Part shown: piece after piece, positions 12,470-25,284 of the stretch
Layout of the letters: every line of letters starts with the position of its first letter
Position numbering within the stretch: the stretch's first letter is position 1
Source: Mobula hypostoma
Taxonomy: Eukaryota
NCBI RefSeq assembly: GCF_963921235.1
Contig: NC_086108.1
Location: forward strand, 7,378,001-7,442,000
DNA: 64,000 bases
Direction: 5' to 3'
Program-made: the position numbers and the translations under genes
The notes under the pieces: generated by a model
Databases searched by the model: none
The model's input: the letters and a program-made list of their open reading frames with translations, nothing else
Told to the model about the DNA's origin: nothing

Positions 12470-12935
12470 CTTCCTCCCAAGGCCCACTCTCCTTTCCCAT
12501 TAGATTCCTTCCTCTCCAGCCCTTTACCTTTTCCACCAAGCACCTCCCAGCTTCTCACTTCATTTCCCCCCCCACCCTACTCACCTTCTAATTTATTTAT
12601 TTGTTTGTTTGTTTGTTTATTGAGATACTTAATCACAGGACAATTTACAATGACCCATTAACATACCAACCGGCACGTCTTTGGACTGTGGGAGGAAACC
12701 TGAGCACGTGGTCGCGGGAAAAATGTACAAACACCTCACAGGCAGTGACGGGAATTGAACCCAAGTCGCCTGTACCGTAAAGCGTTGTGCTAACCACTAG
12801 GCTATTGTGCTGCTCCCTTATTCTGGCATCAGATTCCTTTCCAGTCCTGATGAAGGGTGTTGGCCCGAAACCGTTTATTCATCTTCACAGGTGCTGCCTG
12901 GCCTGCTGAGTTCCTCCAGCACTTTACGTGTGCGT
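12470..12935 (+). mobile_element. Penelope-like 3' end with a tRNA-SINE inserted on the minus strand (~12590-12815)
   Basis: ccagtcctgatgaagggtgttggcccgaaa and gctgcctggcctgctgagttcctccagca tail. SINE motifs ggactgtgggaggaaacc and gggaattgaacc. Confidence 0.75.
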
Positions 12936-13369
12936 GCATAGGCGGCGAGATTCATACTCAGAACCGGAACCAGGTTGATTATCACAGACGTACAGCTGTA
13001 CAGTGCAAGGCGTAAAAAAATTATTATAGTGTTCATGGATCATTCAGTAACCTGATGGGGAGTGGAAGAAGCTGTTCCCGAATTGTTGATTCTTTGCTGC
13101 CCTCTGACACTTCGACCATTTCCTGGAAATCTGCAGATTTTCTTGTGTTGATATTGACCCCCCCCCCCCCCGAGGGTAGTAATGAGAAGAGGGCATGTCC
13201 AGGGTGGTGAGAGTCCTTCATGATGGATGTCATCTTGTGTTTTGAAGATGACCTTGCTGGTGGGGAGAGTATGCCCATAATGGAGCTGGTGAAGTCCACA
13301 ACTCCCTGCCACGCCTTTCAATCCTGTGCACTGCAGTCTCCACACCGGGCAGAGATACAACCCGTCAGA

Positions 13370-13822
13370 ATCGTAATCACAAAGTGCTCTGCAGATGCTG
13401 GGGTCAAAGCACCACTCACAGCAAGCGTGTTGTGAGTGTTGCTTTGACCCCAGCATCCGCAGAGTATTTTGTGTTTACCATTCGCTACTCTGCTGCGAAG
13501 TCTCTCCGCGGTATTCCTACCCTGAAGAAGTTTAAATCTTCTCTTCAACGGGAGTTCAGTGAGACACTCTCTCACTGCTCCCCCTCTGTGATCTCCGCCT
13601 CTCTCCGACTCTTCGACCAGATCCTGACCCAGACCCGCTCTGGTTTTTCACCTGGAACCTACCAGCCTTCTCCTTCCCACCCTCCCCCCAGCTTCTTTAT
13701 AGGGCCTCTGCCCCCTCCCTCTACAGTCCTGACGAAGGGTTCCGGCCCGAAATGTCGACCGATCGTTTCCACGGATGCTGCCCGACCTGCTGAGTTCCTC
13801 CAGCGTGTTGTGAGTGTTGCTT
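13370..13822 (+). mobile_element. Rearranged Penelope-like insertion (hairpin + putative ORF start + terminal repeat) with 12-bp TSD
   Basis: TSD caacc(c/g)gtcaga at 13358-13369 and 13823-13834. 34-bp inverted repeat at 13387-13464. Peptide SSLQREFSETLSHCSPSVISASLRLFDQILTQTR resembles a Penelope ORF N-terminus. Confidence 0.75.
13724..13761 (+). ncRNA. Minimal type-I hammerhead ribozyme motif (Penelope-associated)
   Basis: cagtc-CTGACGA-a-ggg ttccgg ccc-GAAA-t-GTC-gaccg: both core boxes, stem II and stem I are present. Confidence 0.75.
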
Positions 13823-14544
13823 CAACCGGTCAGAGAGCTCTCCGCGGTGCATTGCAGAAATTTATGAGTGTCTTTGGTAACACAACAGATGTCCTCAAAC
13901 TCCTTATGAAGTACCACAAACAAGAGGAAATCTCTTCCAAGCCACACACACCAAATGCTGGAGAAACTCAGCAGGTCAGGCAGCGTCTATGGAAATGAAT
14001 AAACAGTCGACATCTTGGGCCGAGACCCTTCATCAGGAAGGAATGAAGTATAGCTACAGGCGTGCCTTCTTCAAGATTGCATCAATGTGTTGGGCCCCAG
14101 GATAGATATTTTAAGACAGTGGTTCCCAGGAAGGTGAAGCTGTTCACCTGTCCCACCGCTGGCCCCTCGATGAGGACTGGAGTGAGTTCCCTCAACTTCC
14201 CCTTCCTGAAGTCCACAATCAATTGCTTGGTCTTACTGGCATTGGGTGCAAGGCTGTTGCTACAGCGCCACTCACCCAGCTGATCTCCTTCACTCCTGCA
14301 CACCAACCCATCACCATCTGAGGTTCTGCTGACAGCAGTTCTGTTATTGACAGATTTATAGATGGCCTTTGAGCTGTGCCTAACAACACAGTCATGGGTG
14401 TAGAGGGAGTAAGCAGCGGGCTAACGCCAAATCCTTCAGCTGCGCCAGTGTTGATTGTCAGCGAGGAGATGTTATTTCCGATCTTCACTGACTGCGGTCT
14501 CCCAATGAGGAAGTCAAGGATCAGTTACAGAGAAAACTACACGT

Positions 14545-14877
14545 GTATGTGTGAGTGTGTATTGTGTGTGTGCGCATATCAGTAAATGTATGTCTGTGCC
14601 TGTGTGTCTGTGTTTGTATCTGTGTGGGTTTGTGTGTGATGGTGTGTGTCTGTGTTTCTATGTGTCCGTGCTTGTGTCTATATGTGTGTGCTTATGTGTG
14701 TGAGCGTCTGTGTGTGTGTGTGTGTGTATCTGTGTGTGTGTGATTGTGAGTGTCTGTGTGTGGGTATTTCTGTGTGTCTGTGTGTTTGTGTTTGTGTGTG
14801 TGGGTGTACATGCGTGTGTTTGTGTGTGTCAGTGTACATATGTGTGTGTTTGTCTGTGTGTGTGTGTCAGGGTTTAT

Positions 14878-14932
<55 letters not shown>

Positions 14933-15044
14933 GGTGTGTGTTTGTGTTTGTGTCAGGGTGTATATGTTTGTGTGTGTGTGTGTGAGGGTGTGTGTGTGTG
15001 TGTGTGTGTGTGTCAGGGTGTATATGTTTGTCCGTGTGTGTGTG

Positions 15045-15075
<31 letters not shown>

Positions 15076-15092
15076 CAGGGTGTATATGTTTG

Positions 15093-15178
<86 letters not shown>

Positions 15179-15197
15179 AGGGTGTATATGTTTGTCC

Positions 15198-15238
<41 letters not shown>

Positions 15239-15295
15239 AGGGTGTGTGTTTGTGTTTGTGTCAGGGTGTATATGTTTGTGTGTGTGTGTGAGGGT

Positions 15296-15346
<51 letters not shown>
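14545..15346. repeat. Compound (TG)n microsatellite with recurring tcagggtgtatatgtttg spacer
   Basis: Directly visible. Confidence 0.98.
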
Positions 15347-15350
<4 letters not shown>

Positions 15351-15819
15351 CTCTCCACATCCCACTGTCACCGGCACAGCAGAATCAGGGGTTGGATGGG
15401 TTGGGGATGGGGGTGGGGGTGATTACTGTCGCCCAGACACAGACACACTCATGGTCACCTGCCAACTCTACAGGCAGTGAGAGTGGGTGGCTGTCTGCAG
15501 CGGCCTTTCCATCCCCAGGGGTCTGTTTCAGATCAGACACAGCTGATAGTAGGTGGGAAAGAAAGGCTCTCTGTCTCTCCCAAATCCTTCAAAGGAATTC
15601 CGCCTCCCACTTCCCAACCCTCATCCGTCCCGATATAGCAGCAAACTAACCCCCCAGACAGAGCAATGCCAGCTGCCCGTGCCCTGTAAACAGCTCACTC
15701 GGACGTCTTAGATTCGCCAGCAACCCGCGGTCACACCAGCCTTGGCTCAGACACACGCCCCCCTGAGGGCCCAGAACCAGTCCCCAGCCTCACGTATTCC
15801 TGCAAAGATCAAGAGCGTG

Positions 15820-16390
15820 CTCCCACTCCCCATTCTGGTTCCCCTCTCACCCTCTCTCCTCTCCTCACCTGCCTATCACTGCCCCCTGGGCCCCCTCCTC
15901 CCTCCCTTTCTCCATGGTCCACCCTCCTCTCCCATCAGATTCCTTCCTCTCCAGCCCTTTACCTCTTCGTCCTATCCCCACCTAGCTTCCTACTTCATCC
16001 TCCCCTCACCCAATCTCAGCTATCATCTCCCTCTGGTTCCCCTCATCCTTCCCTTTCCTCAAAGGTCCACCCTCCTCTCCTACCAGATTCTTTCTTCTTC
16101 AGCACTTTACGTCTTCCACCAATCACGTCCCAGCTTCTTACTTCAACCCCCCCCTCCATTTTCCCCTTCAAATGGTTTCACCTGTCACCTGCCAGCTTGT
16201 CCTCGTTCCCCTCCCCCCGCCTTCGCATTCTGGCCTCTTCCCTCTTCCCTTCCAGTCCTGAAGAAGGGTCTCGGTCTGAAACATAGACTCTTTATTCCTT
16301 TCCATAGACGCTGCCTGACCTGTTGAGTTACTCCAGCATTTTGCGTGTGTGTTCCTCCAGATTTCCGGCCTCTGCGGAATCTCTTGTGCT
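15820..16390 (+). mobile_element. Penelope-like 3' region with degenerate hammerhead (16253-16290)
   Basis: cagtcctgaagaagggtctcggtctgaaacatagactc, followed by a gctgcctgacctgttgagttactccagca tail. Confidence 0.75.
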
Positions 16391-16704
16391 TATTCAGTTC
16401 CCCGGATTTTTACTAGAGAAGCTGAGCAACCAGGACTTACTTCAGCATCTAAAGGGGAATGGAATTAGAATGGACACCAGCAGCTGTAGCGTGAATCCTA
16501 GCAGATGAACAATGGGCCCAATGGCCTCTTTTTCATAGAGTCATAGCAGACTACAACACAGAAACAGGCCCCTTGGCCCATCGGTTCCATGCCCTGAAAT
16601 GTATCCCCCCATACCCCTCCCTTCCATGTCATTATCATCACATTATGATGTGCCGTGTGCAGAATGACCTCCCAGCTTCTTACTCCCCAACCCTATATAA
16701 TATA

Positions 16705-17005
16705 TACATACCGCGCAAAAGTCTGAGACACATGTGTATAGCTAGAGTACCTCAGACTTTTGCGCAGTACTGTGGTCCTTTTATGTATTGCTACCGCAAA
16801 AAAAAAATCATGACATATGTGAGTGATGATAAACCTGATTCTGATATGGGTCTCTATTGTGGACTGAGAGTGGGAAGGGGGCAGGGAGAGGGGAATCATG
16901 GTTGGGAAAAGGGGAAGGGAGAGGGGAGGGAGCAGGAAGCACCAGAGACATTCTGTAATGATCAATAAGCCAATTGTTTGGAATCGAGTAACCTTGCCTG
17001 GTGTT
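16705..17005 (+). mobile_element. Composite mini-MITE element (copy 2, partial)
   Basis: Hairpin end at ~16708-16773, then the same core as 38369-38605. Confidence 0.7.
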
Positions 17006-17194
17006 TCACCTCCCAGCTTCTCACCCCATCCTCCCCCCTCACCTGCTCTCCCCTATCACCTGCCAGCTTGTAACATCCAAGAGGGATGAAGGGTGCAGAA
17101 GGGGTTACAGAGATTGGGAGGGAAAGACATTACGGGTTTAGTAGGTTAATTGGTCACATAGGTGTAACCAGGCATACAGGAGCAAGATCTATCA

Positions 17195-17660
17195 GCTGGT
17201 TGAATCTTGCACTCAACATCAGTAAGACCAACGAGCTGATTGTGGACTTCAGAAAGGGTAAGACGAGGGAACACACACCAGTCTTCACTCATAGAGGGAT
17301 CAGAAGTGGAGAGAGTGAGCAGTTTCAAGTTCCTGACTGTCAATATCTTTGAGGATCTAACCTGGTGCCAACGTGGAGAAGGCAAGACAGTGGCTGTATT
17401 TCGTCAGGAGCTTGAGGAGATTGGATTTGTCACCTAAAGCACCCGGAAACTTCCAACAGATGCACTGTGGAGAGCATTCTGACTGGCTTCATCGCCCTCT
17501 GCTATGGGGGGGGGTGCTACTGCACAGGATTGAAGTCAGCTGCAGAGAGTTGTAAACTCAGTCAGCTCCATCACGGGCACTAGCCTCTGTCGTATCCAAG
17601 ACATCATCGAGGAATGGTGGTTCAGAAAAATGGCTTCCATCACCAAGGTCCCCCACCATA
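17195..17660 (+). mobile_element. Rex1/Babar-type LINE fragment
   Basis: LALNISKTNELIVDFRKGK and VERVSSFKFL peptides. Confidence 0.8.
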
Positions 17661-17985
17661 CCACCAGCGGGCTATTATAAGCAAGCATTCACGAAACTGC
17701 ACATGTTGTCCGTAAGGAAGAAACAGCCCATCTCGATGCACTTCAAATTGTAGTCAGCAACTTTAACTAGACCTGTTTGAAGAAAACCCTGCCCGATTAT
17801 CACTAGCAGGGAACCTGTTGCACCGGATGTCACAGCCCACTCGACCACTGCTACACTGTGATAAGGACTATGAACCATTCCTTCTCAGGACTGCATTTTG
17901 GCAAGTTGGATCATTTGATTGTACTCCTAACTCCTCCATACAGACAGAGCCTAGGGAGCAAGGCTGCAGAGATTAGGGGAACTAA

Positions 17986-18415
17986 AGGCTGATTTATACT
18001 TGTGCGTAGCCCTACGCCGTAGCGAGCATGCGTAGTTGTGTCTGCATCGCTCTGCAATTCACCGCCAAAACGCTCATTGGCGTTGGGGTTTCTATGCCAC
18101 TGTGTTGAGTTTCTTCGTGAGAGACTTGGACGAGGAAATGCATGTCAAATATTTTCGGATGTCGGCAGGTAGGTTTGACGATTTGGTGCATCGTCTCCAA
18201 TGGTTTATTTCACATCAGTGTGCAGACATGGCAGAGAAAAGCAACCAGAAATTCGTATGAGGAAATGCGATGCTACCAAGCGAACCAATCACAGTTGTTG
18301 CAGTCTGCGTTGCCGTGACACGTGAGATACATTTTTGGGGAGGTGCACGTCACCCTACGGTGTAGGGTACATGGTACCTATGGCGTACATTTGATGCACA
18401 AGTACAAATCAGCTT
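17986..18415 (+). mobile_element. PIF/Harbinger non-autonomous deletion derivative
   Basis: TIRs aggctgatttatacttgtgcgt / atgcacaagtacaaatcagctt, TAA TSD on both sides, internal peptide [23 protein letters not shown] (Harbinger transposase N-terminal motif). Confidence 0.85.
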
Positions 18416-18554
18416 TAAGAGGAAGTCGTGGGAGGCAGAGGAACGGTGACAGGATTGCCTTGAGTCAGTGGACTAGGCTGAGTTCAAGAACTCATCTGAG
18501 GACCTAGATGACTACAACAACTACAAATAACAGACTGTATTAAAACAGCTGTAG

Positions 18555-19583
18555 ATGAGTGTGTCTTGATACAATTTTGAAATCATTGTTCCCTCAACAA
18601 TTTCAAGCTGTCCCGGCCCTGAGGCAGCAAAGCTATCCCAAATCATGATGCTCCTTTCGCCGTGCTTCACAGTTGGGACGAGGTTTTGGTGTTGATGTGC
18701 AGTGCCCTTTTCCCTCCAAACACAGTAGTGTGCATTTCTGCCAAGATGTTCAACTTTTGTCTCATCTGTCCAACAGAACATTGTTGGCCCAGAAACATTG
18801 TAGAACATCCAGGAGGTCTTTTACCAAATTGAGATTTGCAGCAATGTTTTTTTTTGGAGAGCAGTGGTTTCCTCTATTGTGTTCTTCCATGAACACCATT
18901 CTTGTCAGTGTTTATCTTATATTGGACAGAGGAGCAGAGACTTCAGCAAGTTCTGAAGATTTCTGCAGGTCTTTTGCTGTTACCCCTGGGTTCTTTTTCA
19001 CCTCACTCAGCATTGCACGTTGTGCTCTTGGTGCGATCTTTGCAGGCTGCCCACTCCCAGGGAGAGTAGCAACAGTACTGAGCCTCTTCCATTTGTACAC
19101 AATTTCTCTTATTCAGGTCTTTAGAAATGCTTTTGTAGCCTTTTCCAGCTTCATGCATCTCTACAATTCTTCTTCCAAGGTCCTCTGAAAGTTGTTTTGA
19201 TCAAGGCATGGTGCACATAAACAGGTCTTTCTTGAGAAGAGCAGGCTCTGTCAGTAACCTGACTTTGTGTGCCTTTGTTATAGGGCAGGGCACCTCTACA
19301 ACCCACACCTCCAATCTCATCTCATTGATTGGAACACCCGACTCCAAATAGCTTTTATAGAAGGCATTATCTCAGAGGTTCACAACTTTTTCCAACAATA
19401 CATGTAATATTGGATCATTTTTCTCAATAAATAAATGAAAGAGTGTAATATTATTTGTGTTATTTCAATTGGGTTCTCTTTATCTAGTTTTAGGACTTGG
19501 TTGAAGATCCGATCACATTTAAGTCATATTTATGCAGAAATAGAGAAAATTCTACAGGGTTCACAAACTTTCTAGCGCCACTG
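18555..19583 (-). mobile_element. Tc1-like transposon, 3'-truncated and degraded
   Basis: Terminus TA|cagtggcgctagaaagtttgtgaacc at 19583. Peptides KWKRLSTVATLPGSGQPAKI, WTDETKVE and PTVKHGERSIMIW. Confidence 0.9.
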
Positions 19584-19624
19584 TATGTGGTGACTCTGAT
19601 AATAAATTTTTCTTCGAACTTAGA

Positions 19625-19915
19625 ACACCACCCAGGACATTCCCTTTGCTCATTGCTACCATCAGGGAGGAGATACAGGAGTCTGAAGGCACACCCTCAA
19701 CGATTCAGGAACAGCTCCTTCCCCTCTGCCATCCGATTTCTGAATGGACATTTAACCCATGAACACTATTTGAAATTTCTGTTTTTGAACTATTTAACTA
19801 TTTAATATACATATATATACTAACTGTAACTTATGTTCTCCTATATTTATCATGTACTGCCGCCACAAAGATAACAAATTTCATGGCATATGCCGGTGAT
19901 ATTAAACCTGATTCT
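19625..19915 (+). mobile_element. Rex1/Babar-type LINE 3' end
   Basis: HHPGHSLCSLLPSGRRYRSLKAHPQRFRNSSFPSAIRFLN, then a gatattaaacctgattctg tail. Confidence 0.85.
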
Positions 19916-20499
19916 GCAGCCTTGCTGAGGCAGAGGGGCCTGTTAATGTGCCGTTATCTCTGAATAAATAAATACAAAAACTGAGTCCAGATGAAGGCAT
20001 TTCATTCAAAGACCAGGGCATTACTGAGAGGTTAGGTGGTGAGACCCCCAGGGAATTTGTCCAACTAGAACTGATGGGCTTAGTGGCAGGAGGGAGAATT
20101 CCGTGCGGGCAGCAGAGACTTATCAAAGCTCCGGAGTTCCCCCTTGGGTCAGCATGATATCAGGATGCAGCGAAGTGGCTGCTCGAGAGATTCACAGGGA
20201 AATTCCCAGCCTGTCAACATGGTTTAAGCTCACATTCTCACCTCACACTTGCTTCTGTGAAGTGGCAGTGAGCTCCAGCAGCAACGATCGGTGTCTCTCG
20301 TGTGAGAAATTGCCCCAGGACATCTCGGGGGTGGGGGGGGGATACAGGAAAGACACAAAGGGCCTGGTTGAAAAGGAGCAGGGCAAGGAAAGATGATTAC
20401 AGGAGTTCCTTAAGGCTCGGGACAGGAACCTGGGAGGAGTAGAAATCAGGAGTTGCTGGAGTGAAGAGCTCATGGAGGGGTGTGTGAGCTAGCGGGGCA

Positions 20500-21485
20500 G
20501 GGGGTTACAGAGATGGGGCGGTGTGTAGGGGAGGGAGGGGTTTACAGAGACAGGGAGGGGTGTAGGGGTGGATGGGGTTACAGAGACAGGGAGGGGTGTA
20601 GGGGATGGAGGGGTTACAGAGACAGGGAGGGGTGTAGGGGAGGGAGGGGTTATGAAGTCAGAGAGAGGAGATGGGGAGGGAGGGTGTTACGGAGATAGGG
20701 AGGGGTGTAGGGGAGGGAGGTGGTTACGGAGACAGGGAGGGGTGTAGGGGAGGGAGGTGGTTACAGAGACAGGGAGGGGTGTAGGGGATGGAGGATGTTA
20801 CAGAGACAGGGAGGGGTGTAGGGGAGGGAGGGTGTTACGGAGACAGGGAAGGCTGCAGGGGAGGGAAGGGTTATGAAGTCAGAGAGGGGAGCTGGGGAGG
20901 GAGGGTGTTACGGAGATAGGGAGGGGTGTAGGGGAGGGAGGGGTTTCCAGAGACAGGGAAGGGTCTAGGGACAGAGGGTGTTACAGACACAGGAAGGGCT
21001 ATAGGGGACGGAGAGGGTTACATAGATGGGGTGGTGTGTAGGGGTAGGAGGGTGTTACAGAGACAGGGAGGGGTGTAGGGGTGGGAGGGGTTACAGAGAC
21101 GGAGGGGAATTGGGGAGGGGTTACAGAGAAGGAGTGGTGTAGGGGAGGGAGGGGTGCTGGTGAGGGAGGAAGTTTCTGAAACAGGAAGGGGTGTAGGGAG
21201 GGAGTAGACAGGGAGGTGTGAAGGAGACAGAGGGGGTTACAGTGTCAGGGAGAGGTGCAGGGGAGAGAGGTGAAAGATAGGGAGTGTAGGGGAGGGAGGG
21301 GATGACAGAGACAAGGAAGGGTGTAGGGGAGGGAGAGGGGTTACAGAGACAGGGAGGGGTGCAACAGATGGAGGGTGTTACAGAGACAGGGGGGTATAGA
21401 GGATAGGGAGGGACTTTAAGGAGATGGGGGAGAGGTGTAGGGGAGGGAGGGGTTTACAGCGACAGGGAAGGGTGTAGGGGCTGGA
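20500..21485. repeat. G-rich minisatellite, ~33-36-bp unit
   Basis: Repeated ggggttacagagacagggaggggtgtaggggagggag, degenerating towards the edges. Confidence 0.95.
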
Positions 21486-23044
21486 ACAGTTACACTACAG
21501 ATTACTTTGAGATTAATTTACTTGCAGGCATTTACAGGAAAATAAAGAAACAATAGAATTTATGAAAAACTCTACATAAAGATTGACAAACAAGAAGACG
21601 AATTGTGAAAATAAAAATTAGATTGTACTAAAAATTAAATAATACTGTATTTTACCAAGTTTTAAATAATAGTAGGATCCTTGAAAGTAATTCTGTAGAT
21701 TGTGGAATCAGTTCAGATTTGAAGTGATGGAGGTTATCTCAACATCTACCATCAGGTCCCCTCAGCACTTTATTTTAATGAGATTTATTTCCTTATTTCA
21801 AGTCCTTAGTTCAGTAAGATAACATCTCAATAATCGTTTCTGTGTTCTACCTCAAAGCACTGTGGAATGATTTTATCTGTACAAACAGAATGCTAGACAA
21901 ACTTTTCATTGCCTCTTGATACTGGTGGCAAGAATACACCCACTCCAATTTCTATTCCAGTGCAATACGAGATTCAGTTTCAGATGAATTGATCACAAGT
22001 ATTGAAACACTCAGTGAAATGCATTATTTCCATTAACAATCAACACAGCCTATGGCTGTGCTGGGGGCAGCCCACAAATTCCAGCGGTACGCCCACAACG
22101 ATCGGGAGAGCTTTACTGGGCCATTTCCACTACACCTTGGTCGGATTTTCCGTTCAAGGGCATTGGTGTTTCTATACCGGGCCACAATGCTGCCAGTCTA
22201 CATACTCTCCACCACACATCTGTAGAAGTTTGTCTAAGTTTTAGGTGTCACGCCGAATCTTCGCAAATTCCTAAGGAAGTAGAGGCGCTGCTGCGCTTTC
22301 TCCATAATTGAGTGCTGGGCCCAGGACTGATGCTCTGAAATGATAACACTGAGGAATTTAAAGTTGCTGACCGTCCCCGCCTCTGAGCCTCTGCTGAGGA
22401 CTGGCCCACGGACCTCAGGTTTCCTCCTCTCAGTAATCAGCTCCTTGGTCGTGTTGACATTGATAAAGAGGTTGTTCTATGGCACCACTCAGCCAGATCT
22501 TCAATCTCCCTCAAGTCAAGAACAGTGAAACAAGTCCCTTTCTCATCCCTCCCACCCACTCAAACACACAGGCAGGCCTCCAACCTCAGGACAAGTGGCC
22601 TCCAGGCCTCCAGTCTCCGGGCCTGGACTCTCAGGCTCATAGACCCAGACTCACTGACATCTGTCCTCTGACCTCTGGACAAATCCGACTCAGGACCTTT
22701 GAACTTCGGGCCTCTATCGCCAATGAAGGGGCTTCCCAACTCCGATGAAGATGAATTCCTTTTTCTCCCCTCAGACACTTATGAATCTTTGGAATACTTT
22801 ACCGCAAGGCATCTGTGGAACATATTCCAGGTGGAATTTTGTGGGGAAGTCATGGGAGCTCAGACTGGGGTCATACCTGTTACAAACTACTAAATGGTGC
22901 GACAGGCTTGAGGGGATGTGGGCTCTCCTTTGATAAAGATGACTTGGCTGGTCTTTTCAGCAACATCTTCTTGGGTCAGATTCAGATTAACCTGTCACAT
23001 GTATATTGAAACATCTAGTGAAATGTGTTGAATTATTTTTTTAA

Positions 23045-23642
23045 TTTAGAAATGCAGCTGGAATAGGCCCTAACGACCCTTCAAGCCGCACTCCCCTAGC
23101 AACACCCGCCAACCTTGGCTTAACCCTAAATGGTGCTTGTCCATCGTGTCCGACGATGACAGGGAACCTGTGCAGGAGAGTTTTTAAAGTGGAAAAATTG
23201 TCGCTCTGGGGCAGTTCCACTCTCTCGATCCTCAGAAGTCCGAGTCCAGTGGTACAAACAAGTGTCACAAACCGTGGTCTTCCTTGGTTTCAATGGATGA
23301 CCATGAGGTCTTCTGTGCCTTGTCGTGCTCTTCGCTCTCCACGGAGCGTTGCAGAGCCACCTTACTGGCCATTGGATCGCACTGTAGATCTCATCCACGC
23401 AGCCTGATGGAGCAGACTTCGCATGCTAGGACAGGTACGTCCCTATAACCCTGACCTAATCATATAACGATTTACAATGACCAACTGAGCTACCCGATAC
23501 GTCTTTGGACTTGTGGGAGGAAACCAGAGTGCCCGGAGAAAACCCACACATTCCATGGGGAGGACATACAGAGACTCCTTACAGAGGATGCCAGAATTGA
23601 ACTCTGAACTGTTATAGCGTCACGCTAACCGCCACGCTACAG
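23045..23642 (-). mobile_element. tRNA-SINE interrupted by an unclassified ~320-bp insertion (23128-23445)
   Basis: SINE motifs tttacaatgaccaa, gtctttggacttgtgggaggaaacc and gctaaccgccacgctac. The insert is flanked by a taaccct duplication. Confidence 0.65.
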
Positions 23643-24099
23643 TGTAAAGGTGTTGTTTGCCTAAGCAACTAAGGCTGTGCCAGGGACAGCCCGCAAGTGA
23701 CACCACACATGCCAGTGCCAACACAACCCGCTCCTTGGGTTAATGAGGGTGGCAGAGGGAGAGGAGGATCTGGAGCAGCCACTGCAATGGTGGACAGAGA
23801 CGGAACTGAAAACTTTAACAGTCAGAGTGCTGGCCTGCCCACCTGTTGCCGAGGGAGAGCCTCGGGGAATAGGAAGGGCGTCTGAGATGGTGTCACGTTC
23901 AGACTGCCCTTGAGAGCTGCAGACCACTTGTGTCCCACAGCTTCTAAATCCATCCTTGGGCTCAGACACTGGCGCTCACACAGATGCCTCCCGTGGGTCC
24001 GTGTGGATCAAAAACAAGGGGGGGGCGTCATCAGACACAAGCAGGTCTCTCAGAGCTCCCGGGGGCCATTTCCACCCTGGTGTGACTATACTGTCTCAG

Positions 24100-24542
24100 G
24101 TTAGAGAGGTTGGAGAAAGAGAGGGAAGGAGAGAGTGGGGGAGGGAGGGAGAGAGGGTGATGGATGGAGAGAGTAAAAAGAAAGTAAAAGAAAGAGAGAG
24201 GGATGCAGAGAAAAAGAGACAAGGTAGAGGGAGATAGTGAGAAAGGGAAGGAGAGAGTGTAGGAGAAAGAAAGACAGAGAGAAAGAGAGGGGCCAGAGGG
24301 AGATAGAAAGAATGGGAAGGAAAAAGTGGGAGAGAGTGTAGGGGAGAGAGAGGGCGGACAGAAAAAGAGAAACAGAGGGAGAAAGAAAAACAGACACCTG
24401 TTGCAGGGAGAGAGAAAGAGGGAGTGAGAGAGAGGAGAGAGAGAAGGGGGAGAGAGGCAGAGAGGGGGGGAGGAGAGAGAAAGTGAGAGAGAGAAGGGGA
24501 GAGAAAGAGAAAGAGAGAGAAAGACAGAGTGAAAGAGAAAGG

Positions 24543-24578
<36 letters not shown>

Positions 24579-24875
24579 CAGAGGGGGGTAAGAGAGACAG
24601 ACAGACAGACAGACAGAGGGGGGAAGAGAGAGACAGACAGACAGAGGGGGGGAACAGAGAGTGAGAGAGAGAGGGGGGAAGAGAGAGACAGACAGACAGA
24701 CAGAGAGGGGGGAAGAGAGAGAGAGACAGACAGACAGACAGAGAGGGGGGAAGAGAGTGAGAGAGAGTGGGGGGAAGAGAGAGACAGACAGACAGACAGA
24801 GAGGGGGGAAGAGAGAGACAGACAGACAGACAGACAGAGAGGGGGGAAGAGAGTGAGAGAGAGAAGGGGGAAGAG
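24100..24875. repeat. Purine-rich (AG/AGAC) low-complexity tract with ~35-bp sub-repeats
   Basis: Directly visible. Confidence 0.95.
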
Positions 24876-25284
24876 TGCGAGCTATCAGATGAGCAATGGA
24901 TCAGTATTTTAGTCTCTGAGCCAGGAGGTTGGCGGTAGGGGTTGAGGGTTCTGGATTTAAGCAGGGAAGTCAGACTTTCACTCTGTTCGGATACAAGGTA
25001 CGAGCTGCTGTAGTGAAGCGGCTGCCCACTTGTGCGCCAAGATGAACTGCTACCGGGGCTAGTTGATCTGCAGCAGGAGACAGGGACGGTCCCAGGGCAG
25101 TGTGGCAGAGTCTGTATTGTTCCTGTCATGGACTCCCTTTGTCTCTCAGCCGAGACCTTGCTGTACCAATCTGCCAATGTCATACAACAATACCGCACAG
25201 AAACAGGCCCTTTGGCCCAACAGATCCATGCTGTCAAAGATGTCCACCTTTGCTAATCTCATTTGTCTGTATTTTGGCCGATAT

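Larger units (their letters stand above)
12960..14530 (-). mobile_element. Rex1/Babar-type LINE fragment interrupted by Penelope-like pieces
   Basis: Peptides [40 protein letters not shown] and KDSHHPGHALFSLLPSG. Confidence 0.8.

Noticed and set aside
14555..15649. Long Val/Cys- or His/Thr-rich ORFs (also 34651-35347)
   Set aside because: These are translations of (TG)n microsatellite.
24101..25237. 378-aa ORF, the longest in the window
   Set aside because: Mostly Ser/Leu from a CT-rich low-complexity tract that lacks stops by composition. It starts in a LINE tail and has no recognisable domain.
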